The notes under the pieces were generated by a model that was given only the letters and a program-made list of their open reading frames with translations, was not told the origin of the DNA and searched no databases. Made by a program: the position numbers and the translations under genes. From Octopus sinensis (lineage: Eukaryota): a stretch of DNA of 64,000 nt. Below, in pieces: positions 24,156 to 39,085 of this stretch. The stretch covers positions 12,152,001 to 12,216,000 of the forward strand of contig NC_043015.1 of assembly GCF_006345805.1 (NCBI RefSeq), written 5' to 3'. The first letter of the stretch is position 1. The number at the start of each line of letters is the position of its first letter.

Positions 24156-24947
24156 AACACACATCTTTATGAATGTGTCTTTGTTTGTCCCCCACTATGG
24201 ATTGACAACCGATGCTGGTGTGTTTGCACCCTCATATCTTAGCGGTTCAGTAAAAGAGACTGATAGAATAAGTACTAGGCTTAGCTTACAAAGAATAAGT
24301 CCTGCGGTTGATTTCTTCAACTAAAAAACCCTTTAAGGCAGTCCAATAGCATGGCTGCAGTCAAATGACTAAAACAAGTAAAAAAAATTTTTTTTAAATA
24401 AAAAAAAAAAAAAAGAAAGAAAATAATGGCTTTGTAAAATGAAAAATGGACCATGTTTTTACTTTTAACAATCAGTGGAGGAAAGGCTGAGTCTATGGCC
24501 TTCCTCAGGTTGAGAGGGTTGAGAGGAAAAGAATAATTTATTCTCAGATTAGGGACTTGGCCCAAATATTTGCAATAGAATCAACTCTGGAAAATGGTAC
24601 CTAGGGTACAAGTAATAGTGTTAAACCTAAGTAAAAAGAAGAAAAAAGAAATACATGTGTCCATGTCAGAAGGCAAAAAGAGAAACACACAACAAATAAA
24701 TTAAACAGATATGTTAAGGTAAAAATAATTAGGTTTTATTAACAAAACCATTCTGTCTCATTTTAATCAAGGTTTCTGTTTTGTCTTGTTTTGTTTTACT
24801 TTTCTTTTTGCTTTTTCTTTTCCTTGTTTTGTTTCCAACCTAATCAACAATTTTGATTAAGTTTCTTCTATATTTTTCTCTTTACACAAACATTTGCATA
24901 CCTATAAACCCTTTTAACCAATTACAGTCTTTTGTCACATCTAATGT

Positions 24948-24982
<35 letters not shown>

Positions 24983-25591
24983 AGATCGAATCATTATCAG
25001 TAAATCCATTGTTTTTTCTTATTGATGAGAAAATCAGTCATGCATGCATCACTGGATACCATCTCCTACTTAGCATTTGCTTCAGGTTTGAACTTAAAAC
25101 ACCAATTAAGCTGTAGTTAAAATTACGGAAGCATGGCTGCTATGCTTTTTAATTTAGTCCAAAGAAAAGCAGCATTCACTTAACTATATTTTATGTGACT
25201 GAAAGTGTATTAGGGAGTATAACCCACTGAGGGCTTTCAGCAGATTAAGGGAATGCGGGGACATTATTTTGTCTACTATGGACTGTCAACAAATGGGTTT
25301 TAGGGAAAACAAAAAACAAAAATATAGAATGTTGCTCTTCTTTTCTTTGGATCAAGTAGTTAATATATGAAGTGCTCAAGGTTATTGAGAGAGTAATGAC
25401 AACTAAACTCATGTTGCATATTCAAGACTGCATCATAGTGACCAGAGGCAAAAACTGTCCTGTGATGAACAAGCAAATAATTTTCTTGTCAATACGAAAA
25501 AAAAAATTATAAGTGTATTGCAGATGATTCATGACTCAACATCATATCTTACTCTTAGGTACTTCCATTCTTTGTCAGGCACCCACCAAAT

Positions 25592-27045
<1,454 letters not shown>

Positions 27046-27705
27046 TAAACTTCTGAAGTAATGGCATATAGAACAATGGGAAACTCAAGCTGATGACACT
27101 TTACAAATCTTGTTTTACACTAAAGAAAACTACCGGCAACATATCAGTTTGTGCATGTTCACCTCTGCCATTTTGAAAACAACCTTCTTTTTTTGTTTCA
27201 ACCAAAAAACTTCCTATCCCACCCAAATTGTTTACTGGCTTTATGTTGCTAATTACATGGTATGTTTTTTATTTATTATACTACATTATTACAGTTAATT
27301 AAGTGGTATGCATAACAATACATCTCTGTAGTTAATAAAGAGGCATTCTTTATACAACCTGTATTATTCATTATACTACTCTCTGCTTTATTTGTATAAT
27401 AAATCTATTTAAAACATACTTTCCCAGACAATAGAGAATTCATAATAAATGCTGAAATCCTTGAGGTTGTCATTATTTGGGATGTTTATTGTACTTCAAT
27501 AATACCTTAGAATCAGAGGGGAAATAAAATTAATTAGTAAATATTATAATACTGAAAATAAACCACCAAGTATTAATACTGGGTTTGTCAGTTTGGGGAG
27601 ATGGGTCTTTTGGTTTTCTTCACTTTCTCCTTGGCTTTTTCAAAAATATATATAAATAAAGCATTATTAAATCTCAGAGCGAGATGTAAACAGTAACCGC
27701 TCGAC

Positions 27706-28099
27706 AATGTAGAGTATAAAAACCATCTCAATATGGCTAACCACAAAGTGGGGGTGTTACTGTAGCTTTTTAGCCCCAGGAGATCATCGTCTCCAGCTGG
27801 CTTTAGACACCCTTTCAGTGCCCTTGAAGTATTTGCAAAGGGAGGCCATCCCTTCCTCGCAAGCCTGAGTGATACACACGGACCGGTTTCGAGACAATAA
27901 GAGACAATAATCTCGAAACCGGTCCATGCGTATCACTCAGGCTTGCGAGGAAGGGATGGCCTCACTTTGCAAATACTTCAAGGGCACTGAAAGGGTGTCT
28001 AAAGCCAGCTGGAGACTATGATCTCCTGGGGCTAAAAAGCTACAGTAACACCCCCACTTTGTGGTTAGCCATATTGAGATGGCTTTTATACTTTACATT
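27706..28099. repeat. Foldback inverted repeat, 189 bp arms and 16 nt spacer (Penelope-like inverted terminal repeat)
   Basis: 27706-27894 versus 27911-28099, about 6 mismatches by eye. Confidence 0.9.
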
Positions 28100-29599
28100 A
28101 TATAAATAAAATAAAAAATAAAGAGATATCAAAGAAAGTTATTGAGAACAATTTGATTATTGTAATTTAATGTAAGTATATTGCAGAAATTGAAGAATGT
28201 TCCTAAACAGACAGAGAGACTGAATGAGAGATTATGAATTATCCAGTTGGAGCAACTGGATGGCCATTACTAAAGGTGCATCTCAAACCAGACACACCAA
28301 GGGAGCTTCTATATGGTCATTTAACCTATTTGATACCAACCCACCCAAGACCACCTCTGCTTCTATGATACAAACTTCAAGTTTAAAGTGAGCAAAATAA
28401 AATCTTTCTTTCAAAATTTCATGTTGATTTATGTGCCAAACGCCAGGTTAATAAAGGTCAAAGTTACTTTACTAAATTCTTCACCATTTTCAAAATTAAT
28501 TAGAACAAAGGCAGTGCATTTCAACAGAAATATGGTAAGTGCATTTCAACAGAAATATGTTAGTAACAGCAGCAGTATAGGCTGTGGCTTATTTCTTGAC
28601 ACATTACAACAAAAACCTTGCAGCCTTTAAGCCTTTTGTCACCATATTTCTAAGGTAAAACATTGTCTATTTTTGTAAATAACCAAGAATATGAGAGGAT
28701 TTAACAAAGTAACTAACCCTGCTGTTATTCTGCTGGTATTTGGAACAGAGCTTAACAAAATGAATTTTAAATAAAATTAAGATCGAAGGCTTTAATTTAA
28801 ACGTGAAGTCTTAAAAAGAAAACTTTTTTTTTTTATATAAGCAGAAGTGGTATCAGGCAGGTCAGTATCAAAAGAATTAAAATATAAGAAATGGTGTGTT
28901 TTAAATCAGTAAATCCTAAAATGTTTCTAATATAGGAGATATGATGGGATTAAAATGTTGATCAAATATTGAACCAAACACAAGCTGATAGATACTGCAC
29001 TTCTGTAAAACTGGGAGGTCCCTAAGTATTTAGTTAGTTGTATCTGCGTAGTACTTCAGTTCAAACAGAGCTAATTGTAGAGGCTTTATCTAAATAGCTA
29101 GACCAAACTGAGTCTTCAATGAGATCAATTATATTTCATCCCCCTCAGTTATGACTTCATTCCATAAGTAACATCTCATTTCAAAATGGACAAAGAGATC
29201 AATTTCAAATGCCTATCCTAATATATACAGACACATTCACCCACATATATTTTCATGGCATGTGTATACACACACATCATGAATAAATTACATATATATC
29301 TACATATATATCCACACACACACACACACACATCATGAATATACGTGTGTTCACACACACACACACACATACATACTGATTATCTAATTATCTATTCATG
29401 ATACCTAAACAGCAATGTTGCACAACTATTAACAAATGGCTGAAAATATTCAAAATTCCTCTCCTTCCTCCAATACATCAATACATGGAACTCTGTGGAG
29501 AAGTATTAAAGTCAGGAAAGTGAGTGGAATGACAGTTGTTAGTTGATAAGATGAAATGAGATGAGATGAGATGAGATGAGATGAGATGAGATGCATAAA

Positions 29600-30130
29600 C
29601 ATCTTTCACCATATCAAACTCTGCTTATGAATTGCTTGAGTGAATAATGATAGAAATTGAGGTTTCCGTTAGAGAGCTTTAAGCAGATCAGACTTGTAAG
29701 TTTGCTTAGGAAAACTAGTTATGCCATAACCAAAAGGGAGAGTGTTTTACCAAGTATTTTCAATGAAGGTATATGAGAACAGCTACGACACAGTTCAGTT
29801 CAGATACATGATGTTGATAAGCCACAAAAATGGCAAAATATCAGTATCTATCACTTCGGAATTCAATCAGAGGCAAGTTGTCTCTACCCAATCATAGAAC
29901 CACTACTGAGATTTGTTTGTCAACATCTGAAACTATTGGACATTACCACACTACTAAGAAGGGAAAAATACTCTTTGGTTGACCAGAAAGGAATTATGAT
30001 CTACTATGACAATACAAGTTACCATATTGCAGGAATTGCTTCAGTAAAAACCAGAGAAATTTTATTAGAGATCCTCGCTCTCATATTGGCCATTTCTGTA
30101 TGATTTTAAAACTACAGATTAATCTCTAAA
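29600..30130 (+). mobile_element. Highly decayed mariner fragment
   Basis: KGIMIYYDNTSYHIA resembles KGVILHHDNARPHVA. Confidence 0.4.
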
Positions 30131-31567
30131 TTTTGCCAGGTTCCCCAGGAAAAATATATTACTTTTAGAAATAAAAATATATAAAATATTTTTTCTTTTT
30201 AATGTATAATTTTGTGTAATGAGGTAAACTCAAATTTTTAAAGTTTTTCTCCTGAAAATCATCTGAATTTAGAAAACATGGCATTGAAACAATTTTCTGT
30301 CATTAGCAGAAATGAAAACGAATAATTTTTAAAGTGATTAGTTAATAAAAAAATTAGTTTACTCTAGTTTTACGTTCAATCTTGTTGCAAAAATGACATT
30401 GCTTCTTTAGGATAACCTGATGAATTGAGAAATGTCTATTAAATGCAATTATAAATTGTATTTACTAAAGCCAAATCTCAAAATGCTCACCTAAAGTATT
30501 ATCTAATTATCTATACATAGTAATAAATTGTTTTTGTTTTTTTAACTGGAGGTGAACATTATGTATTTTTATTCTCATCTCAGTTGCTGTGAAAATTCTA
30601 TGACAGTTACAAACAACACACACAGCAGGTACTCAACCCCTAACACATCATCCAAATACAGCTGGCTACATATTTATATACTAAGAAGAATAGTTTATCT
30701 AAATCAGTGGTTCCCAGTTTGTGGGTAGCAACCCAAATTGGGTTATAATCCTGGAAGTGCTACAAAGGCAAAATCCTTTACTTTTGAAATGTATGGAAAA
30801 ATTCAAATTTATGAAAATGCTGTACAATAAGCCATAGCTAGGCATAAGGGCTACAACACAACATTTACTGCCAACAAAAAACTGAGGAATGTTTTTCCCT
30901 TGTATCAAATGTTAACTCAATAATTTTTTTGAAAAATTGACTTTTTTTTAAATTGAAATATAAAGCAAAAGAGAATGAGAGAGTTATTGATTTTCCAAAA
31001 TGGATCACTATGGTAACCACTGATCTAAATCTACCCTGTTATTAGTGAGACAAAAAAAGACATTTGAATTAGCTCCCTTCGTTAGGTTGCCATCTCCTAT
31101 GTAATCTAAATGAGAGACTTAGAAATTTTTTTAGTTTGATCTACCAAGACAAAGCAACTTGTTCCAAAAGACCTTAAAAGTTTCTGCTGATCTTCTGCAA
31201 AGAAGATGTTCATCTTTGAAGAGATTTTCATTTTCCTCACCAAGTGTTTTATATTTCAGTTTGATTTGTATTTTTTTTTTTTTTAATCTTTTTCCTTTGG
31301 CATTTTATTTCTGAATCTTTGAGGAAACAATAACAACAACAAAACAATCATTAAACCTTTGAACAGCTTTACAGAGAAACAAGAGGAGGAGGAGAGATAT
31401 GGGAATGGGAAACAAGTCATTTCTTTATTTACCGCAGCGCTGTGATGAATTAGCATAGTCTATTAAAGTGCTAAGATATGTTAGGTAATCCAAACCTACA
31501 TGTGATGGACAAGGTCTGAAATAAAGAGGAAATTAAATAATTAGAAATATAATTGATAAAACTGGCA

Positions 31568-31804
31568 TTAACCCTTTAGCATTCAAATTACTCTGTCCAA
31601 TTTAACACTTATTAACTCACGTTGTTTTAAATTAATCAATCATTATCTCATAGCTTCAAAATTTCAGTGATGTGATTGTTTGATGGTTTTATTCTTAGAA
31701 TGACATTGTAGGGCTGGTAGGAAAGGCTGGATCTAGTCAGTTTGAACATAAAACAGGTAAAATAATTTGGTTGGATATGGCCAGTTTAAATGTTAAAGCG
31801 TTAA
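31568..31804. mobile_element. piggyBac-type MITE
   Basis: TTAA|CCCTTTAGCATT ... AATGTTAAAGCG|TTAA. Confidence 0.8.
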
Positions 31805-32179
31805 AATAAAGTTTTGTTATATAAGATAAAAAACAAGAACATGAGGTACAACCTACAATATGGTTTCAGTATAGAGGGATGGAGACTATGTGGGATCAAG
31901 TGTTAGAAGTGTTATAAGTAGGTGTGAGAGGTTGAATCTGGCTAGTTTGAACATATAACAGGTGGAATATTTGGGCCTGATATTGCTGGCTTAAAAGCTA
32001 AATGGCAAAAATCATCAATTGATGTTTCAATAGAGAACAGTGGACATCATCAATCGATGTTTTAAAATTTTGACATGGATACAGCCATCAACAATTGACA
32101 CCCAAGCATTCCTTTGTCAAATGCGCCTGAGTAAAGTGACCCTTAATGATGGGAGAAATATAGTCACAAATGGAAGATT

Positions 32180-32400
32180 TATCATCATTATCATCATCAT
32201 TTAACGTCCGCTTTCCATGCTAGCATGGGTTGGACGATTTGACTGTGGTCTGGCGAACCAGATGGCTGCACCAGACTCCAATCTGATCTGGCAGAGTTTC
32301 TACAGCAGGATGCCCTTCCTAACGCCAACCCCTCCGAGAGTGTAGTGGGTGCTTTTACGTGCAACCAGCGCAAGGGCCAGTCAGGCAGTACTGGCAATTT
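32180..32400 (-). mobile_element. RTE 3'UTR-derived short copy with (GAT)n tail
   Basis: Reverse complement of 55300-55525. Confidence 0.8.
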
Positions 32401-33363
32401 TCTGACTTTTCTTCTTCATCAGATGAAGTAGATGATGATGATGCTCTAGAGAGCACAGAAGAAAGTGATGCTTCAACTAGCTCTGGATGAAATAAGTGCA
32501 CTGATTTCTCTTCATTTGTGCATTCATTTGACAACAACAATGCAAGAACCTCATATGAATTTTATAGTTTTTGTATTTATTTACCTGTCTGGCATACACA
32601 CACATTCATGCAACCCTTTCCAACCATTTAAAAGTTAACAAATACATTTTACTGGTAGGTAATATGACTGCTAATTGCAACAATATGGAACCTTAGTATG
32701 GTCACATAACATGCTAAAAGCAGCAACTACATTACCTTCAAATCACACATGCTACCTATTTGAAAAGAGATAGGAACACTGGACAATGTACTCCTTGCTA
32801 CACAGTAACTGCTCAAAGTAATGATGCTTCAAATGAGTTTGATCATGGGTTTGTCCACCAAGGCCAACCAAGGACAAAACAACACTAACAATAAATATCA
32901 TTTATAACAATGCAAATGAGAAACAGACAGATGAAAAAAATTACATAAATTTCTTTGAAACCCCACCTCCTGCCTCACCTTTGGTTTTATGAAGGTAGGA
33001 TGATATCCTCCCATTGTTGCTTTTATACAAAAAAGCTGTAACTACCCAGTGGCAAAAACATGTGCTTCAATATCATCATCATAATCATCATCATCAAAAT
33101 TTAATATCTCTGTTTTCCATGCTGGCATGGGTTGGACAGCTTGACAGGAACTGGCAAGGCCAAAGGGCTACACCAGGTTCCAAAGTCTGTTTTGGCTGGG
33201 TTTCTGCAGCTGGATGTTCTTAATGCCATATACTTTACAGAATGTACTGGATGATTTTTATGTGGCACCATCACCAGAGCTTTTTACGTGGCACTAGTAT
33301 CAGTGCTTTTTATGTGGCACCCTTCCCATACTAACATATATGTTTAAATGAATAAAATAAATC

Positions 33364-33788
33364 GGATCTTTTCAGTTTGAACAGCAGTTTTTAACATAAT
33401 TTCTAGGTAACTATGACACCCATAATTATGACCGTAGTATCGAACTATTGCATTTCAATCTATTTTAGATTTAGGGTTAGTTAGGATTAGGGGTGGGGGA
33501 AGGGTATCTTTTTTACTTCACAAATGTAAATAAACCCAATCTGTTTCTTAAACGAGGGACATATTCATAAGGCACAGAATGTTTTCACCTCAATAGACGG
33601 TCATTCATTGGTTGAAATTGCCGAAATGCAAGAAATTAAAGACCAAATATCTTACAAACTATAGAATTTTCTCAATAAAGCCAAGAGAAAAAGATGTTTT
33701 ATAAACACATTCTACCAGTATACGAAGTTTAAAATTTTTTAGTTACCTAGAAATTATGTTAAAAACTGCATTCAAACCAAAAAGATCC
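33364..33788. mobile_element. Long-TIR MITE (Merlin-like), copy 1
   Basis: GGATCTTTT...GATCC termini with ~50 bp TIRs; flanks AATAAATC and AACAAAAC (6/8 match, decayed TSD); homologous to 59388-59840. Confidence 0.8.
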
Positions 33789-33866
33789 AACAAAACAAAT
33801 GGATGTAGAAGCGTAGAAGAAAACAGAAGTGAAGTGCAAGAGAGAGGAAAACAAAAGTAAAGAACA

Positions 33867-34200
33867 GGCACAGGTGGTTGTGTGGTAAGAAGTTTGCTTC
33901 CCAACCACATGGTTCCAGGTTCAGTCCTACTGCATGACACTTTGGGCAAGTATCTTCTACTGTAGTCTTGGGCCAACCAAAACCTTATGAGTGGATTTGG
34001 TAGACAGAAACTGTAAGAAGCCTGTCATGTGTAGATGGGTATATGTCTGTGTGTCTTTATGATTATGTGTACATATCTGTGATTGTGCTGTGTTTGTACC
34101 CAACCAGCACTTGACAACCAATGTTGGTTTGTTCATGTCTGCATAACTTAGCAGTTCAGCAGAAGGGACCATCAGAATAAATACCAGGCTTGAAAAGTAA
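33867..34200 (+). mobile_element. SINE family B, CpG-decayed
   Basis: Family B head and tail with CG to TG/CA changes. Confidence 0.8.
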
Positions 34201-34559
34201 GTACTGATTTCTTCAGCCCTTCGAAATAAAAGATAAATGATATGAAAAAAAATAAATAAAACTTACAATATTTCTGAGAACTGTGATTGCCATGGAGAGA
34301 ATCCTAACAAGGATTCTGTTTTGCCAAATCGGATGATAAGATCAGGTGCTGGACAACCATATGTAACTGTAAGTAGAGAGATAGGGAGTTTTAGAGAAAG
34401 AGAGAAGGAGGTGAGAATTTCGGAAGCTGCTAAGTAGATAAACAAGTGTAGGTTGGCAGACAAATCAGTAAGAGGAGAGACAGGTAGAAAAACAATTACA
34501 AAAATAATATCTAATATCTCTATACAAAATTTAAATAAATTTGATGCTACTGATGCACT

Positions 34560-35150
34560 GACCTTTACGAATAGTGGGATGAAACAGGCATGGGAACACT
34601 ACTATAAGCCATTACTGAATGAGGAGAATATGTGGAAGAAAGGAGAGTTACTCCTTAACCCTTTTGTTTTCTGATTATTCTATCAAACATAATGCTTATT
34701 GATTCACATTGATTTGAATTAATCATGCATTTTCTCATATCTTCAAGATCTTGATGGTGTAATTACTTAATGTAGAATAACATTGTAGGGTAGGTGTGAG
34801 AGCCTGGATCTGGTCAGTTTGAACATAAGACAGATTAAATATTTTGGCTGGATATGGCCGGTTTAAATACTAAAGGGTAAAGATTCAACAGGAATTAGTT
34901 ACTGATGCTGATTACTATACAGTGGAAAGATCCATTAAGGATATTATGGCAGGGAAAGTGGCAGCTCCCTTAGGGAAAGCAGCTAAGATTCTGAAAATAT
35001 CTAGCAAAGTAGAACAGAGACTGGTTACTTGCAAAGTCAAGAAGATCAAAAGCAACTCAGAAGTATCAAAGTGATAAACCAACTCATAAAAGTGGCAGAG
35101 AGCGTTATCATCATCATGAAAAAGCAGGTGTAAGAATGATGGTGGCAATG
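34560..35150 (+). mobile_element. RTE LINE internal remnant interrupted by a piggyBac MITE (34655-34880)
   Basis: KQAWEHYYKPLLNEENMW ... VERSIKDIMAGKVAAPLGKAAKILKIS resembles the AWxxHYxxLLN / KAPGPSGITAEMLK region of RTE elements. Confidence 0.65.
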
Positions 35151-35559
35151 CAAGACATCTGTATCATACTTTAGCTTCTAAGCACCTAGCATAAAGCTAG
35201 CTTCCATCTCTCTACCCCAAACACATACACACACTTAGTCATTGGGCAGAGGCTTTCCCATTTCTGTTCGTTTTCAGTCTTGCAACTTAGTTGGTGACCT
35301 CACTAGAGCACGTAAACAGCACCCAGTAGACACTGTAAGGTGGTTGGCATTAGGAAAAGGACATCCAGCCATAGGGAAAATGGCCAAAGCTGACACTGAA
35401 ACTTGGGGTAGCCCTGCAGCTCGCCAGATCCTGTCAAACCATCAAATCCATGCCAGCACAGAAAATGGATGTTAAATGATGATGATGATCATCATCATCA
35501 TGAACTTCTGAAATACAGTGTCATAGATTATAAAATGCACTGTTATAGTATCTGTAATA

Positions 35560-35792
35560 TACATTATTTACATTTGACAGATATTTGTCCTCATCTTGTT
35601 TGTTAACACAACGTTTCGACTGATATACCCTCCAGCATTCATCAGGTGTCTTGGGGAAATTTCGAACCTAAGTTCTCATTCCTAAGGTATTTTTCGATGT
35701 TGTTGTTATTATTATTAAGGTCACTGCCTGGAATTGAACTCGGAATCTTGGCGTTATTAGCCCGCACTCTTAACCACTATGCCATATATCCG
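35560..35792 (-). mobile_element. tRNA-headed SINE-like element carrying a hammerhead motif
   Basis: A-box TGGCATAGTGG (35774-35784), B-box GAGTTCAATTCC (35730-35741), (AAT)n linker, hammerhead motif. Confidence 0.7.
35605..35650 (-). ncRNA. Minimal hammerhead motif
   Basis: gacac-CTGATGA-a-TGCTG gagggtatat CAGTC-GAAA-C-GTT-gtgtt; closing pair of stem II is mismatched. Confidence 0.65.
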
Positions 35793-38444
35793 TAAATAAT
35801 GTACATAATTCCTCATCTCTTAAATATAGAACTTTATCTATAATATACTGTTTTATTATATTATAATATCAGTAATACAACTTGTAAACCACTACATCTT
35901 GTACACAACAGCACAACTTGTACAATGCCCTTTCAACTATTGTACAAATCAAAAGATGAAAATTTTTCTCCACAACAGTTTATACATACCAACAGGATTT
36001 GTCAATGCGACACAAAACTCCTTAAGCAAAATTTCGCCTATCTACCTAACAACACAGATGCATAGCAAAGGTCTAACAATTAACCTGTGACATTTCTGAG
36101 CTATGAACGTCGCAATCAACTTTTTAAGACAAAGCAAATGCAATGACGTTAAGTGCTTATCTCCCTTACATAAAGAGTTAGTGGTTACCTCCCTTTACTT
36201 AGGCTTAGAGTGCAAATTAAAACATTTTTTTAAAAATAATTTTCTTCGATAAATAACAATTTCATATGACTGATAAAAGGTGTACCATCCACGACTAAGT
36301 CATCTTACTTTTGGGTACTACGTTTCTAGAACTACATTATCTAACGAGTCTCTCTACTTTTAAGAAAGAAAGGAATATTGTGAGGAAGATTTTATTGCTA
36401 TTTCTAGCAGTTCGAGAACGACGCAGATGTTCTTTCGTTAGAGCCTTTTTTCGCTTTTTTACAAAGTTGTTTCCCCTGCGCTATTTGCCGAATCTCTAGC
36501 GAACTTAAAATGTTAAATATGGAGAGACTGTTTCATGTCCGAAATTTCATATCTTTCTCCACAATAAATCCAAGATTTCCACAGAAAAAAAAACAGCGAC
36601 TAAAACCTGGAATTCAACCCAATTCAAAATGCCAGACATCTTTTATATCTGCATATTCAGAGTGCCAGGCATATGGAAGTCACAGCTCATAAACAGTTTT
36701 AGTTGTTAGTCTTGACTGTGGTTACTTGACCCTTCATTCATCAACAACAGGGTTACGGTGGAGGAAATACGACTACAGTCTACACAATGGACAATAAGCA
36801 ACAGCATATCCTTGACTAGACAGAGCCATAGTAACATTTGGCTGCTATTTCTAGCAAGTCTAGTGACCACAAAGAGGTTCCTTCACTGGCTTGAAACTCT
36901 TTTAAGCATTTAAGGAATAAACAAAGAAATGGCTAAAGAACTGACAAAGGAGCTTCTATGTAGTTACTCAACCCGCTAAAAGAAGTAGCGAAATCACTTT
37001 TAAATCAGATTTTACAGAAGCGGTCAAGAATATTCAATAAAGATCTTGAATTAATAAAGGCTATTAAGGTGTTTTATTTTTCTTTCAATCTCAGTTAATG
37101 TGTCAAAGCACATTTAGTCACATTGTTTTGAATTAATAATGCATTATCTCATAGCTTCGAAATTTTGATGATGTATCTATTTCGTTTTTGAATGATATTG
37201 AGGCTAGGTGTGAGAGGCCAAATTTGGCTAGTTTGAACAAAAAACGGATAGAATATTTTGGGACAGGATATGGTCAGTTTAAATGCTAAAGGCCTAAGGG
37301 AGCCAAGTTCAGGCAGATTGCTATTGAAAGACTTCGCCTTAACCTATCCTCACCTCAATATGAACTGAGATTGAAAGAAAAATAAAATTTTGTCTATTAT
37401 TCAGGATCTTTATCAAATGTTTTTGACTGCTTTTGTAAAATCCGATTTAAAAGGCTCCTTGTTAATTCCTTAACCAATCCCTTATTAATTCTTAAGCTAT
37501 TCTCTAGTAACCAGCAGCTGTACACAGTAAATTCAACTATTATTAGTCTGGTTACATCCTACAGCTACAGAACTGGGTTTGTATTACATTTATGCAGGAA
37601 AATGAAACATTACATTGGTAAAAAGCTGTGAAATTCTGCATGATTATGTGATATCTTATTTCTTTATTGCCCACAAGGGGCTAAACATAGAGGGTACAAA
37701 CAAGGACAGACAAACGGATTAAGTTGATTACATCAACCCCGATGCATAGCTGGTACTTAATTTATCGACCTCGAAAGGATGAAAGGCAAAGTCGACCTTG
37801 GCAGAATTTGAACTCAGAACGTAATGACAGACGAAAAACCAATAAGCATTTCGTCCAGCGTGCTAACGTTTCTGCCAGCTCGCCGCCTTTATTGTGATAT
37901 CTTGCATTCAACTCTTTTAACCTTTGGACATTCAGATTACTCAGTCAAATGTAACATTTATTTATTCACATTCTTTTGAATTAATCATGCATTATATCAC
38001 AGCTTCAAGATTTCGATGATGTCATCATCATTTAACGTCCATTTTCCATGCTGGCTCCAGGTTCCAGTCTGATTTGGTCTGGTTTTTACAGCCAGATGCT
38101 CTTCCTAACACCAACCACTTTACAGTGTGTGCTTGATGCTTCTAACGTGACACTGGCATGAGTGCCATTATGTGGCACTGATATGAGTGCTTTTTACGTG
38201 GCACTGGCACAGAACACCTGCAGGCCAATCTTCTTCATCAGCAGGAGCATTTTTAGAATGACATTGTAAAGTGGGTACAAGAAACCAGTTCTGGTTGGTT
38301 TGAATATAAAACAAATAGAATGTGTTGGGCCAGATATGACCAGTTCCAATGCTTAAAGGATTAATCCTTTAGCTGGTCTCAGGTAGGTTGATGTTGAAAG
38401 GAAAGACTGAAACCTTCTAAGACCAAAATCAATGTGAACCAAAA

Positions 38445-38629
38445 TTAACCCTTCAGTATTCAGATTACTCAATCAAATTTGCTGCTTATTCATTCACTTT
38501 GTTTTGAATTAATAATGCATTATCTCACAGTTTGGAGATTTCAATAATGTGATTGTATTTTTTGTAGAATGACATTGTAGGTTAGGTGTGAAGGGCCAGA
38601 TGTGACCAGTTCAAATGCTAAAGGGTTAA
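38445..38629. mobile_element. piggyBac-type MITE
   Basis: TTAA|CCCTTCAGTATT ... AATGCTAAAGGG|TTAA. Confidence 0.8.
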
Positions 38630-38648
38630 AGAAATAACAAAAATCTTG

Positions 38649-38819
38649 AGTGGCTGTGTGGTAAGTGCTTGCTTACCAACCACATGGTTCCGGGTTCAGT
38701 CCAACTGCGTGGCACCTTGGGCAAGTGTCTTCTACTATAGACTCGAGCCGACCAAAGCCTTGTGAGTGGATTTGATAGACAGAAACTGAAAGAAGCCTGT
38801 CGTATATATGTATATGTAT

Positions 38820-38859
<40 letters not shown>

Positions 38860-39085
38860 GTATGTATGTGTATATGTTTGTGTGTCTGTGTGTCCCCCAA
38901 CATCGCCTGACAACCAATGCTGGTGTGTTTTATGTCCCCGTCACTTAGTGGTTCGGCAAAAGCGACCGATAGAATAAGTACTAGGCTTACAAAGAATAAG
39001 TCCTGGGGTCGATTTGTTCGACTAAAGGCGCTGCTCCAGCATGGCCGCAGTCAAATGACTGAAACAAATAAAAGAGTAAAAGAGA
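38649..39085 (+). mobile_element. SINE family B
   Basis: Full head, core and tail. Confidence 0.9.

Noticed and set aside
28513-28559. G|GTAAGT donor
   Set aside because: Sits at the junction of a 22 bp tandem duplication; no supporting acceptor or frame
31160-31325. Exon-like minus-strand segment
   Set aside because: No frame is open from acceptor to donor given the 14 nt homopolymer
32400-32490. Acidic SSSDEVDDDD stretch and KRKKRCSK (50850) as piggyBac transposase relics
   Set aside because: Too short and degenerate to assign
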